Positions 46,057 through 55,516 of a stretch of 64,000 bases of DNA are shown here, piece by piece; the first letter of the stretch is position 1, and each line of letters begins with the position of its first letter. A program made the translations under genes and the position numbers. Under the pieces are notes generated by a model, which was given only the letters and a program-made list of their open reading frames with translations, was not told the DNA's origin and did not search any database. Source of the DNA: an uncultured Planctomycetales bacterium. GTDB lineage: Bacteria; Omnitrophota; Gorgyraeia; Gygaellales; Profunditerraquicolaceae. The DNA lies in NCBI GenBank assembly GCA_964645795.1, contig CAZYCL010000001.1:95194-159193 (forward strand). Reading direction: 5' to 3'.

Positions 46057-46770
46057 CTACTGATTGATATCGGGCTCAATGCTCATTACCAGCTCCATGA
46101 ACTTACCCTGTCTTTTGGCCTTGCGTATGGTAGCTTCATCCACCACATGACCTTCGGTGGCGATGACGCTGCCGCTGTCGGTCTCAAGTCTCCTGAGGAG
46201 CCTCTTACCCATTACAAACTCCATCTGCCTTTTCTCAAATATCGAATTAAGGTCATAATCATCGTCAGCGTTTACTATTTCTTTTGACAACTCCATAAAA
46301 TTGGATACCTGCTCCTTGGTAACGATTAGTTCTTTGCCTATGGAGATAGTATCCTTGTAGCTCATCAGGGTGTTCAACCCTTTAACCTTATAAGAATCGA
46401 TCTTGCCGCTGGTAGGATTAAAGGAGAACTCTTCGATGTATCCCAGCACCCTGCCGGTCTCGGTAATGACTTTATGGCCTATCAACTGAATATTCTCTTC
46501 GAGCTGTTTCTGTATAGCCTTAAGGTTAGTGACTGACATGACCGCCGCCTCATCCTCAACGGTCACCACATCCTTGCCCATTCCGCGAACCAGCGGCAGG
46601 AGGATCACCTTTGTCTCCATGTACCACTTATCATCGTCGATGACAAAACCGATGACCTCCTGCTTGCCGGCATCGATTATGGGGTAGCGCACCTTGCCGA
46701 TCAGCTTTCCCGGCCTTATCGCCAAAATCGGCTTGGCTATCAGGTCTCTTGAATTCATATTTACCTCCAT
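46057..46770 (-). CDS. Hypothetical protein with two PRC-barrel-like repeats
   Basis: LIGKVRYPIIDAGKQEVIGFVIDDD... and LIGHKVITETGRVLGYIEEFSF... resemble PRC-barrel (YlmC/YmxH-type) modules. Confidence 0.3.
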   Translation of the reverse strand: MEVNMNSRDLIAKPILAIRPGKLIGKVRYPIIDAGKQEVIGFVIDDDKWYMETKVILLPLVRGMGKDVVTVEDEAAVMSVTNLKAIQKQLEENIQLIGHKVITETGRVLGYIEEFSFNPTSGKIDSYKVKGLNTLMSYKDTISIGKELIVTKEQVSNFMELSKEIVNADDDYDLNSIFEKRQMEFVMGKRLLRRLETDSGSVIATEGHVVDEATIRKAKRQGKFMELVMSIEPDINQ

Positions 46771-46774
46771 TTTC

Positions 46775-47086
46775 TTAGATTAAGAAATCTATAATATGGT
46801 CGCTTTTTCCGGAATCCGTCCTGCCATCTTCTTCTTGGGACTGCTTCTTTCTTTTGCGACCGCCGCTTCCCTGTTCCTTGCCTTCCGAATCTATTTGCCT
46901 GACCTGCGATTGTTCCGCCTTGGCTGCAGCCTCGGTCTGGCTCTTTCTCTCCTCGATCTCGCGCTGAAACCTGCTGATCAGATGTTCCTGCTGGGCCCTG
47001 GCCTGCTGCTGCGCGACCTCTTGCAAGCTTTCGATGGCGCGCGTAGCCGTCATAATAACCTGCAAATCCGTAGGCCTTAGAGCCAT
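46775..47086 (-). CDS. Small charged hypothetical protein
   Basis: 103 aa with a Gln/Glu/Lys-rich helical N-terminus. No recognisable motif. Confidence 0.35.
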   Translation of the reverse strand: MALRPTDLQVIMTATRAIESLQEVAQQQARAQQEHLISRFQREIEERKSQTEAAAKAEQSQVRQIDSEGKEQGSGGRKRKKQSQEEDGRTDSGKSDHIIDFLI

Positions 47087-47096
47087 AATTAGCCGC

Positions 47097-47795
47097 CTAT
47101 CTCTGCATCTCTTTCTTTACAAGCCTGAGCTTATCCCTGAGGACATCGATTACATTACTCAATAGCTGCGATATGCGTGACTCGCTTAGATCCATGACCT
47201 TGCCGATCTCTTTCAAGTTTAAGCCCTCATAATAATAAAGCGTGACTACCTGTCTTTCTTTTTCTTCAAGGACGCTGATCGCCTCGGCCAAAACCGCCGC
47301 AATCTCTTTCTCCTCAAGCTCTCTTGTCCCTTCTTCCCGGGTATCCGCAAGCGCGTCCTGAAGCTCCTCTTCCAGGGAAATAATCTTTGCCTGCTGCGAT
47401 TCAAACTGCATGGTCCTGACCTGCTCGACAGAAACCTTTAAATGCTGGGCAACTTCGTAATCGTGCGGTTCGCGGCCGAACTTTCCTTTTAATCCCTCTA
47501 CGGTGCTTTCCATATGCTTGATCTTATGCCGCAGGGGCCTGGGCAGCCAGTCTTGAGCGCGCAGACCGTCGAGTATCGCACCCCTTATACGGTAAAACGC
47601 GTAAGTAGAAAACTTTACATTCCTTGAAGGGTTAAAACTTCTTATGGCCTCCATAAGACCGAGCACTCCGTAACCTATCAGGTCATCCAGGTCTACGTGC
47701 GTGGGCAGATTGGCAAAAAGCCTGAAAGCCACGCTCTTGACCAGCGGCAGGTAGCCGATAACCTCTTCCTGCGCAACATCCTTTAATTTGCTCAT
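47097..47795 (-). CDS. fliA: Flagellar sigma factor sigma-28 (FliA/SigD)
   Basis: Region 2 (LIGYGVLGLMEAIRSFNPSRNVKFSTYAFYRIRGAILD) and region 4 (LNLKEIGKVMDLSESRISQL). Confidence 0.9.
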   Translation of the reverse strand: MSKLKDVAQEEVIGYLPLVKSVAFRLFANLPTHVDLDDLIGYGVLGLMEAIRSFNPSRNVKFSTYAFYRIRGAILDGLRAQDWLPRPLRHKIKHMESTVEGLKGKFGREPHDYEVAQHLKVSVEQVRTMQFESQQAKIISLEEELQDALADTREEGTRELEEKEIAAVLAEAISVLEEKERQVVTLYYYEGLNLKEIGKVMDLSESRISQLLSNVIDVLRDKLRLVKKEMQR

Positions 47796-48166
47796 TTGCT
47801 TATCATCGCCTCTACGGCCTTGGCCATCTCTTTCGGTTTCTCTCTGGCCAACTCCAGGGTTTCTCTCTTCATTGCCTCAAGCGCCGGTTCCTGCCCTTGC
47901 GCTGGATTCGCCGAAGGCGCAGCCGCAGCGCCTACCTTAACATCCAGCTTCTCCCCCTTTGCGGCCTGGGGCTTAGAAGCATCGCCTGCCTTATCCTTGG
48001 TCACCGGATCGACAAAAGCGCAGATGATGTTCCCCAGGATAATAAAAACAATGAATGCGCCCAGGCTTTTCAACAATATGCTCTCTATCGGCTCGTTTCT
48101 TATGAGCCCGAAGAGCTCGATAAACAGAAATGTGATCATCGAAAAATAAATAACGAATATTCGCAT
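47792..48166 (-). CDS. Small two-TM membrane protein of unknown function, translationally coupled to fliA
   Basis: Two hydrophobic helices followed by an Ala/Lys/Glu-rich tail. 4-nt overlap with the fliA start. Confidence 0.45.
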   Translation of the reverse strand: MRIFVIYFSMITFLFIELFGLIRNEPIESILLKSLGAFIVFIILGNIICAFVDPVTKDKAGDASKPQAAKGEKLDVKVGAAAAPSANPAQGQEPALEAMKRETLELAREKPKEMAKAVEAMISK

Positions 48167-48856
48167 TTAAATCTTCTTTATGCTGGTAACCGCAAGCTTG
48201 CGGATTATATCTTTGTGTTCCTCGCTGATCATGAGAAACTGCACCCGGGTTACATACTTGACATTGGGCTGGATGACCTCTTGGGATAAAGCCTTGCCCA
48301 CGGCCTCAACCCAGGTGTTGGCACTTACGATCGTAAGGTTTATGCGGATCTTTAAAAGCGTGCCGGCCGCGATCATCCGGTCTACAACCAGCTGCAGACC
48401 TCCTTCAGACAGGTCCTTGGTTATCGCCTCAAGATTAGTCACGATCTTGTTGGTATCGTAAAGGCTTAAATCCGTAGCGTTGATTATGGCGTACTCTGCC
48501 GGCAGGTATGCGTTTATGCGGAAAAACTGCCTCATCTGCACGTGCTCTATCTTCTTGGGCTTTTCCAGGGCGATGGTATAACCGTTGTCCCAATCCTGAG
48601 AAATTACCTTGCTGCTAAACTCGAATATACCGCCCTCAATGTAGACTTTTACCAGCACCTCCGTCTTTGGAGGGATCTCAAGCACGGTAGAGCCGACCCT
48701 CGGGGTAAGTATAAGCAGCTTATCGGACTCGCACGATACGACCTGGGATTTATAGACCTCGCGCAAAGCGATGCTTAAAGTAAGGTCGACCTTCTGGCCC
48801 ATGTCGAACTTGTTCCAATAAAGCTCTTCCTGGGGACCTAGACCAAACCAGCCCAT
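48167..48856 (-). CDS. PilZ-domain c-di-GMP receptor, YcgR (flagellar brake)-like
   Basis: RQFFR (RxxxR) and DLSEGG (D/NxSxGG) c-di-GMP-binding motifs. N-terminal YcgR-N-like domain. Confidence 0.7.
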   Translation of the reverse strand: MGWFGLGPQEELYWNKFDMGQKVDLTLSIALREVYKSQVVSCESDKLLILTPRVGSTVLEIPPKTEVLVKVYIEGGIFEFSSKVISQDWDNGYTIALEKPKKIEHVQMRQFFRINAYLPAEYAIINATDLSLYDTNKIVTNLEAITKDLSEGGLQLVVDRMIAAGTLLKIRINLTIVSANTWVEAVGKALSQEVIQPNVKYVTRVQFLMISEEHKDIIRKLAVTSIKKI

Positions 48857-49542
48857 CTCAAGCTCCTTAACCTCTCTTGAATATATTTGTTAAGCACGTT
48901 TTCCTTGTTTTCCCCGATGTTCAAAAATCTTACCCCGTAATACCACTTATCAAGGCTTGGCCGCGTATACTTCCAGACGATCTCCCCCGCAAACACCGTT
49001 TTCTCCTCACCCATACCCGAAATAGTCACGTCTATGCCGGTCTTAAGGGGAAGGTCTACGGTAGAGACCATGGCTATGCCGCCGATACTGATGTTTCTGG
49101 TCAGTCCGCGGCTTGAATCCTTCAGCAGTCCGCCGGAGACCTTAAAAGAAGCGTCCAAAACGTTGTCCAGGCGGAAGGCCTTGCGCCTTTCGGCATAGGC
49201 CGCAAGCTTCTTGGGCTTACTCAGGACCCACATCGGCAGCGGCTGGCTGATCTTCTTCTTAAGCACGCATTTATTCTTATAATAAAATTCGTCCATGAAG
49301 ACAAAAATCTCCAGCTTCTCGTCGGGCAACACAACGGAAAAATTAAGCTCCTTATCCGTCACCGCAGAAATATAAATGTTATCCTTATCCACGTCCTCGA
49401 TGCGGGTAATAAATGTATTGGGGAGCGACTCAAGCTTGATTCCCACTCTCTGGTTGGGCTTGATATCATGACAGCCCCCCGCCGGCTTTAATGACCTGAG
49501 CCTTTCGACGATCTCCTTCCACATCTTTAAAAGACCCCCCAT
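48838..49542 (-). CDS. PilZ-domain c-di-GMP receptor, YcgR-like (tandem paralog)
   Basis: RRKAFR and NISIGG motifs. Confidence 0.7.
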   Translation of the reverse strand: MGGLLKMWKEIVERLRSLKPAGGCHDIKPNQRVGIKLESLPNTFITRIEDVDKDNIYISAVTDKELNFSVVLPDEKLEIFVFMDEFYYKNKCVLKKKISQPLPMWVLSKPKKLAAYAERRKAFRLDNVLDASFKVSGGLLKDSSRGLTRNISIGGIAMVSTVDLPLKTGIDVTISGMGEEKTVFAGEIVWKYTRPSLDKWYYGVRFLNIGENKENVLNKYIQERLRSLRWAGLV

Positions 49543-50384
49543 CTCACAGGGCTGAAATCCTGCCTGCTTAAAAGCCTATCCGCTATAGCTAAACAATCGT
49601 TTGAGGCCTGGCTGTAAGGATATTTCAGGACAAATGGCGTCCTGGCCTTGAGCGACTTTATCACCTCCGGCAGCAGCAAAACAAAACCCAGGTCTTCGAC
49701 CTCAATATCCTGGAACTTCTTTACCGTAGCAATGAGCTTTCTTGATTGCGTAACCGCCTCGCGCTCGCTATGGCACATGTTCATGATCAGTTTTAATGAC
49801 AGTTGGCGCTTGTCGTGAACAAGCTGCTTTATCATGGCGTAAGAGCGGGTCAACATCTCCTGGCCTCCAGATACCAGCATCACGACCTCGCCCGTTGCCA
49901 GCGCAAACCTTGGCGCATCTTCACTGATAAGAATAAGATCGGCCTCTTCTTCAAAGGACAGCCAGTGGCTAAAGAAATCGTTCTTGGCTTTGAAATCCAG
50001 CTTCTGCAGACGGTTAAGCACGTCGCCGAGCTTTACGTATTTGACTCCGCAGGAGCCGGTGTAGATGATTTCTTTTGTCTTGGACTGCTGGCCGAGTATC
50101 TCCTCCAGGCCCGTGCGCGGCTGCAGCCCAAGAGGAATACTCGTATCTATCTTGCCCTTGTAGGAATCGAGGATCATTACCTTCTTTCCCTTCCTGGCCA
50201 AAGACGCCGCGATATTGGCTACGAGGTTGGAGTTGGCGGCTGCGGATTCATGGGGACCAAGGAAAACGATCACCCTTTTTCTTGAATCCAGCTTCTCTTC
50301 AAGAATCTGGGAAAGTCCAAGATCTACCCCCATCTCTTTACGCTTGACCCACCTGCGCAGCCTCTCTGCCTGATCCATTATCAT
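49527..50384 (-). CDS. flhG: FlhG (MinD/ParA-like) paralog with a degenerate Walker A box
   Basis: N-terminal DQAERLRR FlhF-activating motif and MinD-like fold throughout. The P-loop position reads GPHESAAAN instead of GKGGVGKT. Confidence 0.65.
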   Translation of the reverse strand: MIMDQAERLRRWVKRKEMGVDLGLSQILEEKLDSRKRVIVFLGPHESAAANSNLVANIAASLARKGKKVMILDSYKGKIDTSIPLGLQPRTGLEEILGQQSKTKEIIYTGSCGVKYVKLGDVLNRLQKLDFKAKNDFFSHWLSFEEEADLILISEDAPRFALATGEVVMLVSGGQEMLTRSYAMIKQLVHDKRQLSLKLIMNMCHSEREAVTQSRKLIATVKKFQDIEVEDLGFVLLLPEVIKSLKARTPFVLKYPYSQASNDCLAIADRLLSRQDFSPVRWGVF

Positions 50385-51256
50385 CTTATCTTGACCTCAT
50401 CACCCAACTTCAGGTTGTCGGGCGAGGTCTTGATATCACAGGCGCTGACCCTGGCCCGCGCCTCGATTATCTCAAGCTCTCCGACCGCTGCCCCGTTATT
50501 CATGACCAAGAGCCTCATGCCTTTCATGTAGCCGTTTTCCTGGCCCGCGCTTACAAGCACAAATAGAGCATCTTTATTGATAAGCAATATCTTCGGATAT
50601 GCGGCTGCTTCTGCGCCGGATGCCTGAATGCTTCCGATAACCGAGGCGCTTTCCTCAAGCTTCAGGCTTAGCTCGGCTATCTTATCCTGCAGACCGGATA
50701 TCTGTTCCTGGGTACCGTTGACGCTCTCCTCCAGCTGCTGGCGCAGGGCCTGGCGCTCGCGGGCAATCTTATCCGTATTTTCCCTGGCTTCGGAGATCTG
50801 ATCAAGGAGCAACTTGCGTTCCCGTGCCAGAACGCTCAACTGGTCGTTCAGGGAAGAGTTGGTCTGTTCGAAATCCTGCAGCTGTTCGGATAGCTCCTGA
50901 TTCTTTTTGAGATTAGCCGTAAGCCTCTGCTCCAAATCCCTGGTCTTCTCCAGGACGGAGGCGAACTCTTCTTTTAAGCCGCGGCTTTCCCGATTCAGGC
51001 TGTTTATTATGGTTTTGTAACGAATGCTGTTTTGCCAGCTTAAGAAGACAACGAGCATAACGATCGCCAGAATAGCTGTCCCGGTTAAAATTATAGCGAT
51101 ACCCCTTAACCTTGACGCCCGGCCGGCCCTTAAGGACTCGGCGCTGCTTTTGCCAATGAGCGAAGAATAGGTAAGAGGGGCCTCTTCCTGGGCGCCGGCA
51201 TCCTGCCTGCCGGCTAAAACCCTTAGCTTCTCCGCCTGGTCCTTTCCAAACATCAT
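50381..51256 (-). CDS. Membrane-anchored coiled-coil protein carrying an N-terminal DQAxxLR motif
   Basis: MMFGKDQAEKLRVL..., one TM (IAIILTGTAILAIVMLVVFL), a ~120-aa coiled coil, and a C-terminal beta-rich domain (GMRLLVMNNGAAVGELEIIEA...GDEVKI). Inserted between flhF and flhG. Confidence 0.45.
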   Translation of the reverse strand: MMFGKDQAEKLRVLAGRQDAGAQEEAPLTYSSLIGKSSAESLRAGRASRLRGIAIILTGTAILAIVMLVVFLSWQNSIRYKTIINSLNRESRGLKEEFASVLEKTRDLEQRLTANLKKNQELSEQLQDFEQTNSSLNDQLSVLARERKLLLDQISEARENTDKIARERQALRQQLEESVNGTQEQISGLQDKIAELSLKLEESASVIGSIQASGAEAAAYPKILLINKDALFVLVSAGQENGYMKGMRLLVMNNGAAVGELEIIEARARVSACDIKTSPDNLKLGDEVKIR

Positions 51257-52365
51257 TTCTTGGTCGCCTCTGCTTTCTTAATAAATGGGTTGAAATCCTT
51301 GGTTAATATGAGCCTGGCCAGCTTCATGGGATCAGCCAACTCTATGTCTTCCGGGACATTCTGCCCGGTAGTGATATAGGATATCGGCCTTTTTGAGCCT
51401 GTGGCGGCAGTAAGCAGGTTGCCGAAGCTGGTTACTTCATCGATCTTGGTGAGGATCACGCGGTGGATCCTGGCAAGCTCAAAACGGTTGAAGATCTCGA
51501 TCATCTCCTTAGGCTTTGTGGTCATGCTTATGAGAAGAGAGACCTCAATGCTGCCGTCTTGGCCGATAAAATTGCGCAACTCATCCATTTGAAGATCGTT
51601 AAGGGGGTTCCTTCCGGCAGTGTCAATAAGGATGAGGTCCTTGTCTTTATACTTCTTGAATGCGGGTATTAGCTCTTTAGGGGTAAACACTACCTCAATC
51701 GGAATACCCATAATCTCGGCATAGGTCTTGAGCTGCTCGACAGCCGCGATCCTGTAGGTATCCAGGGTTATCAGGGCGACCTTCTTCTTCTCCAGGAGCG
51801 TAAAGTTTGCGGCCAGCTTTGCTATGGTGGTGGTCTTTCCTACTCCCGTAGGGCCGACAAAGGCAATTATCTTATTGTTTTCGGCGCTAAGCGGTCCCGA
51901 GGCTTCGATGGTTTGCGCGATCTGCCTGATCAGGAGCTCCTCAAGCAAATGAACGTCCTTAAGTTCTTTTTCGGTGGCGCGTTGCTGGATGCGCTTGATC
52001 AGGTCTTCGGCGATCTCCTCCTGGACTTCGCAATCCAGAAGCTTCTGATAGGCCTGCCTTAGGCCCAAAGCCATAAAGGCGGTCTTGGGAGAACTCTGTA
52101 TGTTCTGAAGGGCGACTTCCTTCATAAAATCCTTTATCTCTCTTAACTCGTACTGGATCATCTCCAGCTTTGTTTGGTTGACCGCTTCGCGTTGCATATC
52201 CTCGACACCGGCGATCACTTCGATGCTCAATATGGGATGCAGCCGGAACGAGCGGTAGCGCTTTATCTCTTTGACGTAAAGCACGACCGCTTCGGGGCCA
52301 AGATCAAGCTTTATCTGAGACAGCGCCTCCTGGATGCTTTTTGCTTCAAACCTTTTTACTCTCAT
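51253..52365 (-). CDS. flhF: Flagellar biosynthesis GTPase FlhF
   Basis: SRP-type GTPase motifs: FVGPTGVGKTTTIAKLA, DTAGR, TKIDE. Confidence 0.9.
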   Translation of the reverse strand: MRVKRFEAKSIQEALSQIKLDLGPEAVVLYVKEIKRYRSFRLHPILSIEVIAGVEDMQREAVNQTKLEMIQYELREIKDFMKEVALQNIQSSPKTAFMALGLRQAYQKLLDCEVQEEIAEDLIKRIQQRATEKELKDVHLLEELLIRQIAQTIEASGPLSAENNKIIAFVGPTGVGKTTTIAKLAANFTLLEKKKVALITLDTYRIAAVEQLKTYAEIMGIPIEVVFTPKELIPAFKKYKDKDLILIDTAGRNPLNDLQMDELRNFIGQDGSIEVSLLISMTTKPKEMIEIFNRFELARIHRVILTKIDEVTSFGNLLTAATGSKRPISYITTGQNVPEDIELADPMKLARLILTKDFNPFIKKAEATKK

Positions 52366-54437
52366 ATTGTCACCATCCCCAGAGATTTGACCTCCTGGTC
52401 CGTGGGCACTTCGTTGTAGGCCAGGACGTTAAGCTGTGCGAAATTGCGTTCCGTCAACCTTTTGAAAGCGCTCCTTACCTGAGGAGAAACCAGGATAACC
52501 GGCGGCCTGGATGAATTTATCAGTTTGGAGATCCCGTTTGACAGGCTTGAAAATATCTTCTTGACCGTTTCAGGATCAAGGGCAAGATAGCTTGCGCGGC
52601 TATCCTGGCTCCTGATATTCTCCATGATCATCTGTTCGACCTGCGGATCCAGGGTTACCACGCTGATCGATTTGTCTTCAACCTGAAGCTGTTTGCAGAT
52701 CTGGCGCGATAAAGCGACGCGCACGTAACCGACGAGGGCGTCAACTTCCTTGGTCGAGCGCACATTATCCGCCAGCGTCTCCAGGATCGTAGGCAGGTCC
52801 CGGATGGAAACACGCTCGGCCAACAGGCTCTGAAGGATTTTTTGCAGCTCGCCTATCGTCATCAGGCCCGGTATAAGCTCCTCAACAACCGTAGGATAAT
52901 CTTTTTTGACGTTATCGATAAGCGACTGCACGTCCTGGCGGCTAAGTATATTTGCGGCTTGAGAACGAATGATCTCGCTTAAGTGCGTGCCGATGATCGA
53001 GGCGATATCGACAACGGTGTATCCGGCCATCTCGGCGCTGCGTTTCCTGCCTTCGGTTATCCAGATCGCCGGCAGGCGGAACACCGGTTCATGCGTAGCG
53101 ATGCCCTCGACCGTTTCGGTGACCTTTCCCGGATTTATCGCCAGATACTGGTTTAACTGCACGGTGCTGTGCACAACATCTACTCCCTTTATCTTTATGG
53201 CGTACTCGTTGGGGGCCAGGGACACGTTATCGCGGATGCGTATGGGAGGCACGACTATGCCGGCATCCAGGGCTATCTGGCGCCTTATCAGGGTTATGCG
53301 GTCGAGAAGCGAGCCTCCCTGTTCGGGATTCACCAGCGGGATGAGGCCGTAACCGATCTCCAGCTCCAGGATGTCCATCTTCAACATCCCCGCTACGTTT
53401 TCCGGTTTTTTCCTTAGAACCGCCTCTTTCTCAATCTGTTTCTTGGCTTCTTCTTCTGTCTTAGACTGGGCTTTACGCAGGGTATAGGCGATACCGCCGA
53501 CGGAGCCTGCGATCAAAAGAAACGGGATCTTGGGAATAGAGGGAACGAATAAGAATACAAACAGCAGGGAAGCTGCGACGGCAATAGCGCGAGGCTGGCT
53601 CAAGACCTGACCGGTAATGGCGTTACCAAGGTCGGTATCCGTTGCTGCCCGCGATACTACAAGGCCGGCGGCGGTAGACAGAAGGAGCGCTGCCACCTGC
53701 ATGGCGATGCCTGCCCCGATAGTCATCAGGGTATATACCTGCAAAGCTTTCAGGAAGGGCATGCCCTGCTGGGCCACCCCGATGATAAAACCGCCGATGA
53801 TGTTGACAAGGATGATAACGATCGCCGCAGTGACGTCTCCGCGCACGAACTTGGAAGCACCGTCCATCGAACCGTAAAAATCAGCCTCTTTCTGGATCTG
53901 GAGGCGGCGCTGCTTGGCCTGCTCCTCGTTTATCAGCCCGCTGTTTAAATCCGCATCAATTGCCATCTGCTTACCGGGCATGGCATCGAGGGTAAAACGC
54001 GCGGCTACTTCGGCGATACGCTGGCTGCCGCTGGTAAGCACGATAAACTGGATGACAATGAGGATCAAGAATATGACTATGCCTACGACGTAACTGTCTC
54101 CCACCACAAAGCCGCCGAAGGCCTTTATAACGTTTGAGGCGGCATCCCCCCTTATCAGGATTGCCCGGCAGCAGGCTACGTTTACCGCAAGCCTGAAGAG
54201 GGTCAGAAGCAGAAGCAGGGCCGGAAACATAGAGAACTGGACAGCCTGCTTCAGGTATATGGTAATTAAGAGCACGACCAGAGATACCGCAATGTTCATC
54301 AGAAGGAACACGTCGATCATCATTGCCGGCAGCGGAACAAGGAGCAGGCCTATTACCAGGAATACGCCGATAGCGATGACGATATCGCTGTATTTGGTAA
54401 ACCTCTGTACGTATAATGCTTCGGCAGTTAGGGCCAT
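52362..54437 (-). CDS. flhA: Flagellar export apparatus protein FlhA
   Basis: 691 aa. Conserved FHIPxxLLxL-like transmembrane region and cytoplasmic domain. Confidence 0.95.
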   Translation of the reverse strand: MALTAEALYVQRFTKYSDIVIAIGVFLVIGLLLVPLPAMMIDVFLLMNIAVSLVVLLITIYLKQAVQFSMFPALLLLLTLFRLAVNVACCRAILIRGDAASNVIKAFGGFVVGDSYVVGIVIFLILIVIQFIVLTSGSQRIAEVAARFTLDAMPGKQMAIDADLNSGLINEEQAKQRRLQIQKEADFYGSMDGASKFVRGDVTAAIVIILVNIIGGFIIGVAQQGMPFLKALQVYTLMTIGAGIAMQVAALLLSTAAGLVVSRAATDTDLGNAITGQVLSQPRAIAVAASLLFVFLFVPSIPKIPFLLIAGSVGGIAYTLRKAQSKTEEEAKKQIEKEAVLRKKPENVAGMLKMDILELEIGYGLIPLVNPEQGGSLLDRITLIRRQIALDAGIVVPPIRIRDNVSLAPNEYAIKIKGVDVVHSTVQLNQYLAINPGKVTETVEGIATHEPVFRLPAIWITEGRKRSAEMAGYTVVDIASIIGTHLSEIIRSQAANILSRQDVQSLIDNVKKDYPTVVEELIPGLMTIGELQKILQSLLAERVSIRDLPTILETLADNVRSTKEVDALVGYVRVALSRQICKQLQVEDKSISVVTLDPQVEQMIMENIRSQDSRASYLALDPETVKKIFSSLSNGISKLINSSRPPVILVSPQVRSAFKRLTERNFAQLNVLAYNEVPTDQEVKSLGMVTI

Positions 54438-54446
54438 ATCAAATAA

Positions 54447-55514
54447 TTAGAAAAACTTCTTCTTTAATTTACCCGTCCTCCAGACAAAGGCGAGGATATC
54501 CGCTACCGCCTGGTAAAGATCCAGGGGGATGAACTTACCGATATCCACCATCTTAAATAACAAGCGCGCCAAAGGCTTGTTCTCCATGACCGGTACGTTG
54601 TTTTCTTTGGCTATGGCGATGATCCTCTCGGCTATGAGGCGCGCGCCCTTAGCGACCACCTTGGGCGCTGCCATATCCTTCGGATTGTACTGCAGCGCGA
54701 CGGCCAGGTGGGTGGGGTTGGTGATGACTACGTCGGCTTTCGGGACCTCCTGCATCATCCTGCGCATAGCCAATTGGCGCTGGATAGAACGCACCCTGGA
54801 CCTGACCTCCGGCCTTCCTTCGTATCTTATCAGCTCTTCCTTGACTTCCATTTTGGTCATCCTGAGGCCTCTCTCATGCTCCCATCTCTGATACCAGTAA
54901 TCAATGGCGGCGAATGCCGCAAATACCAGCCCGATGCGCACGCCAAGACGAAAGATCAATATCGCCACATAATTGATGCTGTCTATGGGATCCATGTCGG
55001 CGGCCAGGATCAGATGACCGAGCTCCGGTTTTATGACCTGATAGGCCACTACCGCGGTAAGCGTAATTTTAACCACGCTCTTTACAAGCTCGATAAGGAT
55101 CCTGTATGAGAAAAACCTTTTCATGCCGTTAATCGGGTTTATCCGCGAGAACTTCGGCTTTATGATAGAAGTGCTGTGCATAAAACCCACCTGCAATATG
55201 TTTATCAGTATCGAAGACAGCGCAACTATCAGGATGAACGGCAGCACCACGTATCCGATCGTAATGATTATCCTTATCGCATAGTGCGAAAAGTTCTCCT
55301 CGTTCATCACTACGGTGCCCAGATTAGCGAGGCTAAACCTGGTTACCTCCGCCAGGCCGTTCCACATATGGGGCCCCAGGGCGCGCAAGACATAAAAAGA
55401 GATGATCAGGATAAAAGCGGTATTAAGCTCCATGCTCTTGGCAACCTGGCCTTTCTCCCTGGCCTCCTGCCTGCGTCGCCCAGTTGGGACTTCTGTCTTA
55501 TCCGAATCGGCCAT
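54447..55514 (-). CDS. flhB: Flagellar export switch protein FlhB
   Basis: 355 aa with the NPTH autocleavage site (VVITNPTHLAVAL). Confidence 0.95.
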   Translation of the reverse strand: MADSDKTEVPTGRRRQEAREKGQVAKSMELNTAFILIISFYVLRALGPHMWNGLAEVTRFSLANLGTVVMNEENFSHYAIRIIITIGYVVLPFILIVALSSILINILQVGFMHSTSIIKPKFSRINPINGMKRFFSYRILIELVKSVVKITLTAVVAYQVIKPELGHLILAADMDPIDSINYVAILIFRLGVRIGLVFAAFAAIDYWYQRWEHERGLRMTKMEVKEELIRYEGRPEVRSRVRSIQRQLAMRRMMQEVPKADVVITNPTHLAVALQYNPKDMAAPKVVAKGARLIAERIIAIAKENNVPVMENKPLARLLFKMVDIGKFIPLDLYQAVADILAFVWRTGKLKKKFF

Positions 55515-55516
55515 AT

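Noticed and set aside
46775-47086. The small protein downstream of fliA as a second FlgM
   Set aside because: It lacks the conserved FlgM C-terminal sigma-28-binding helix motif, and a good FlgM already exists at 14220-14549.
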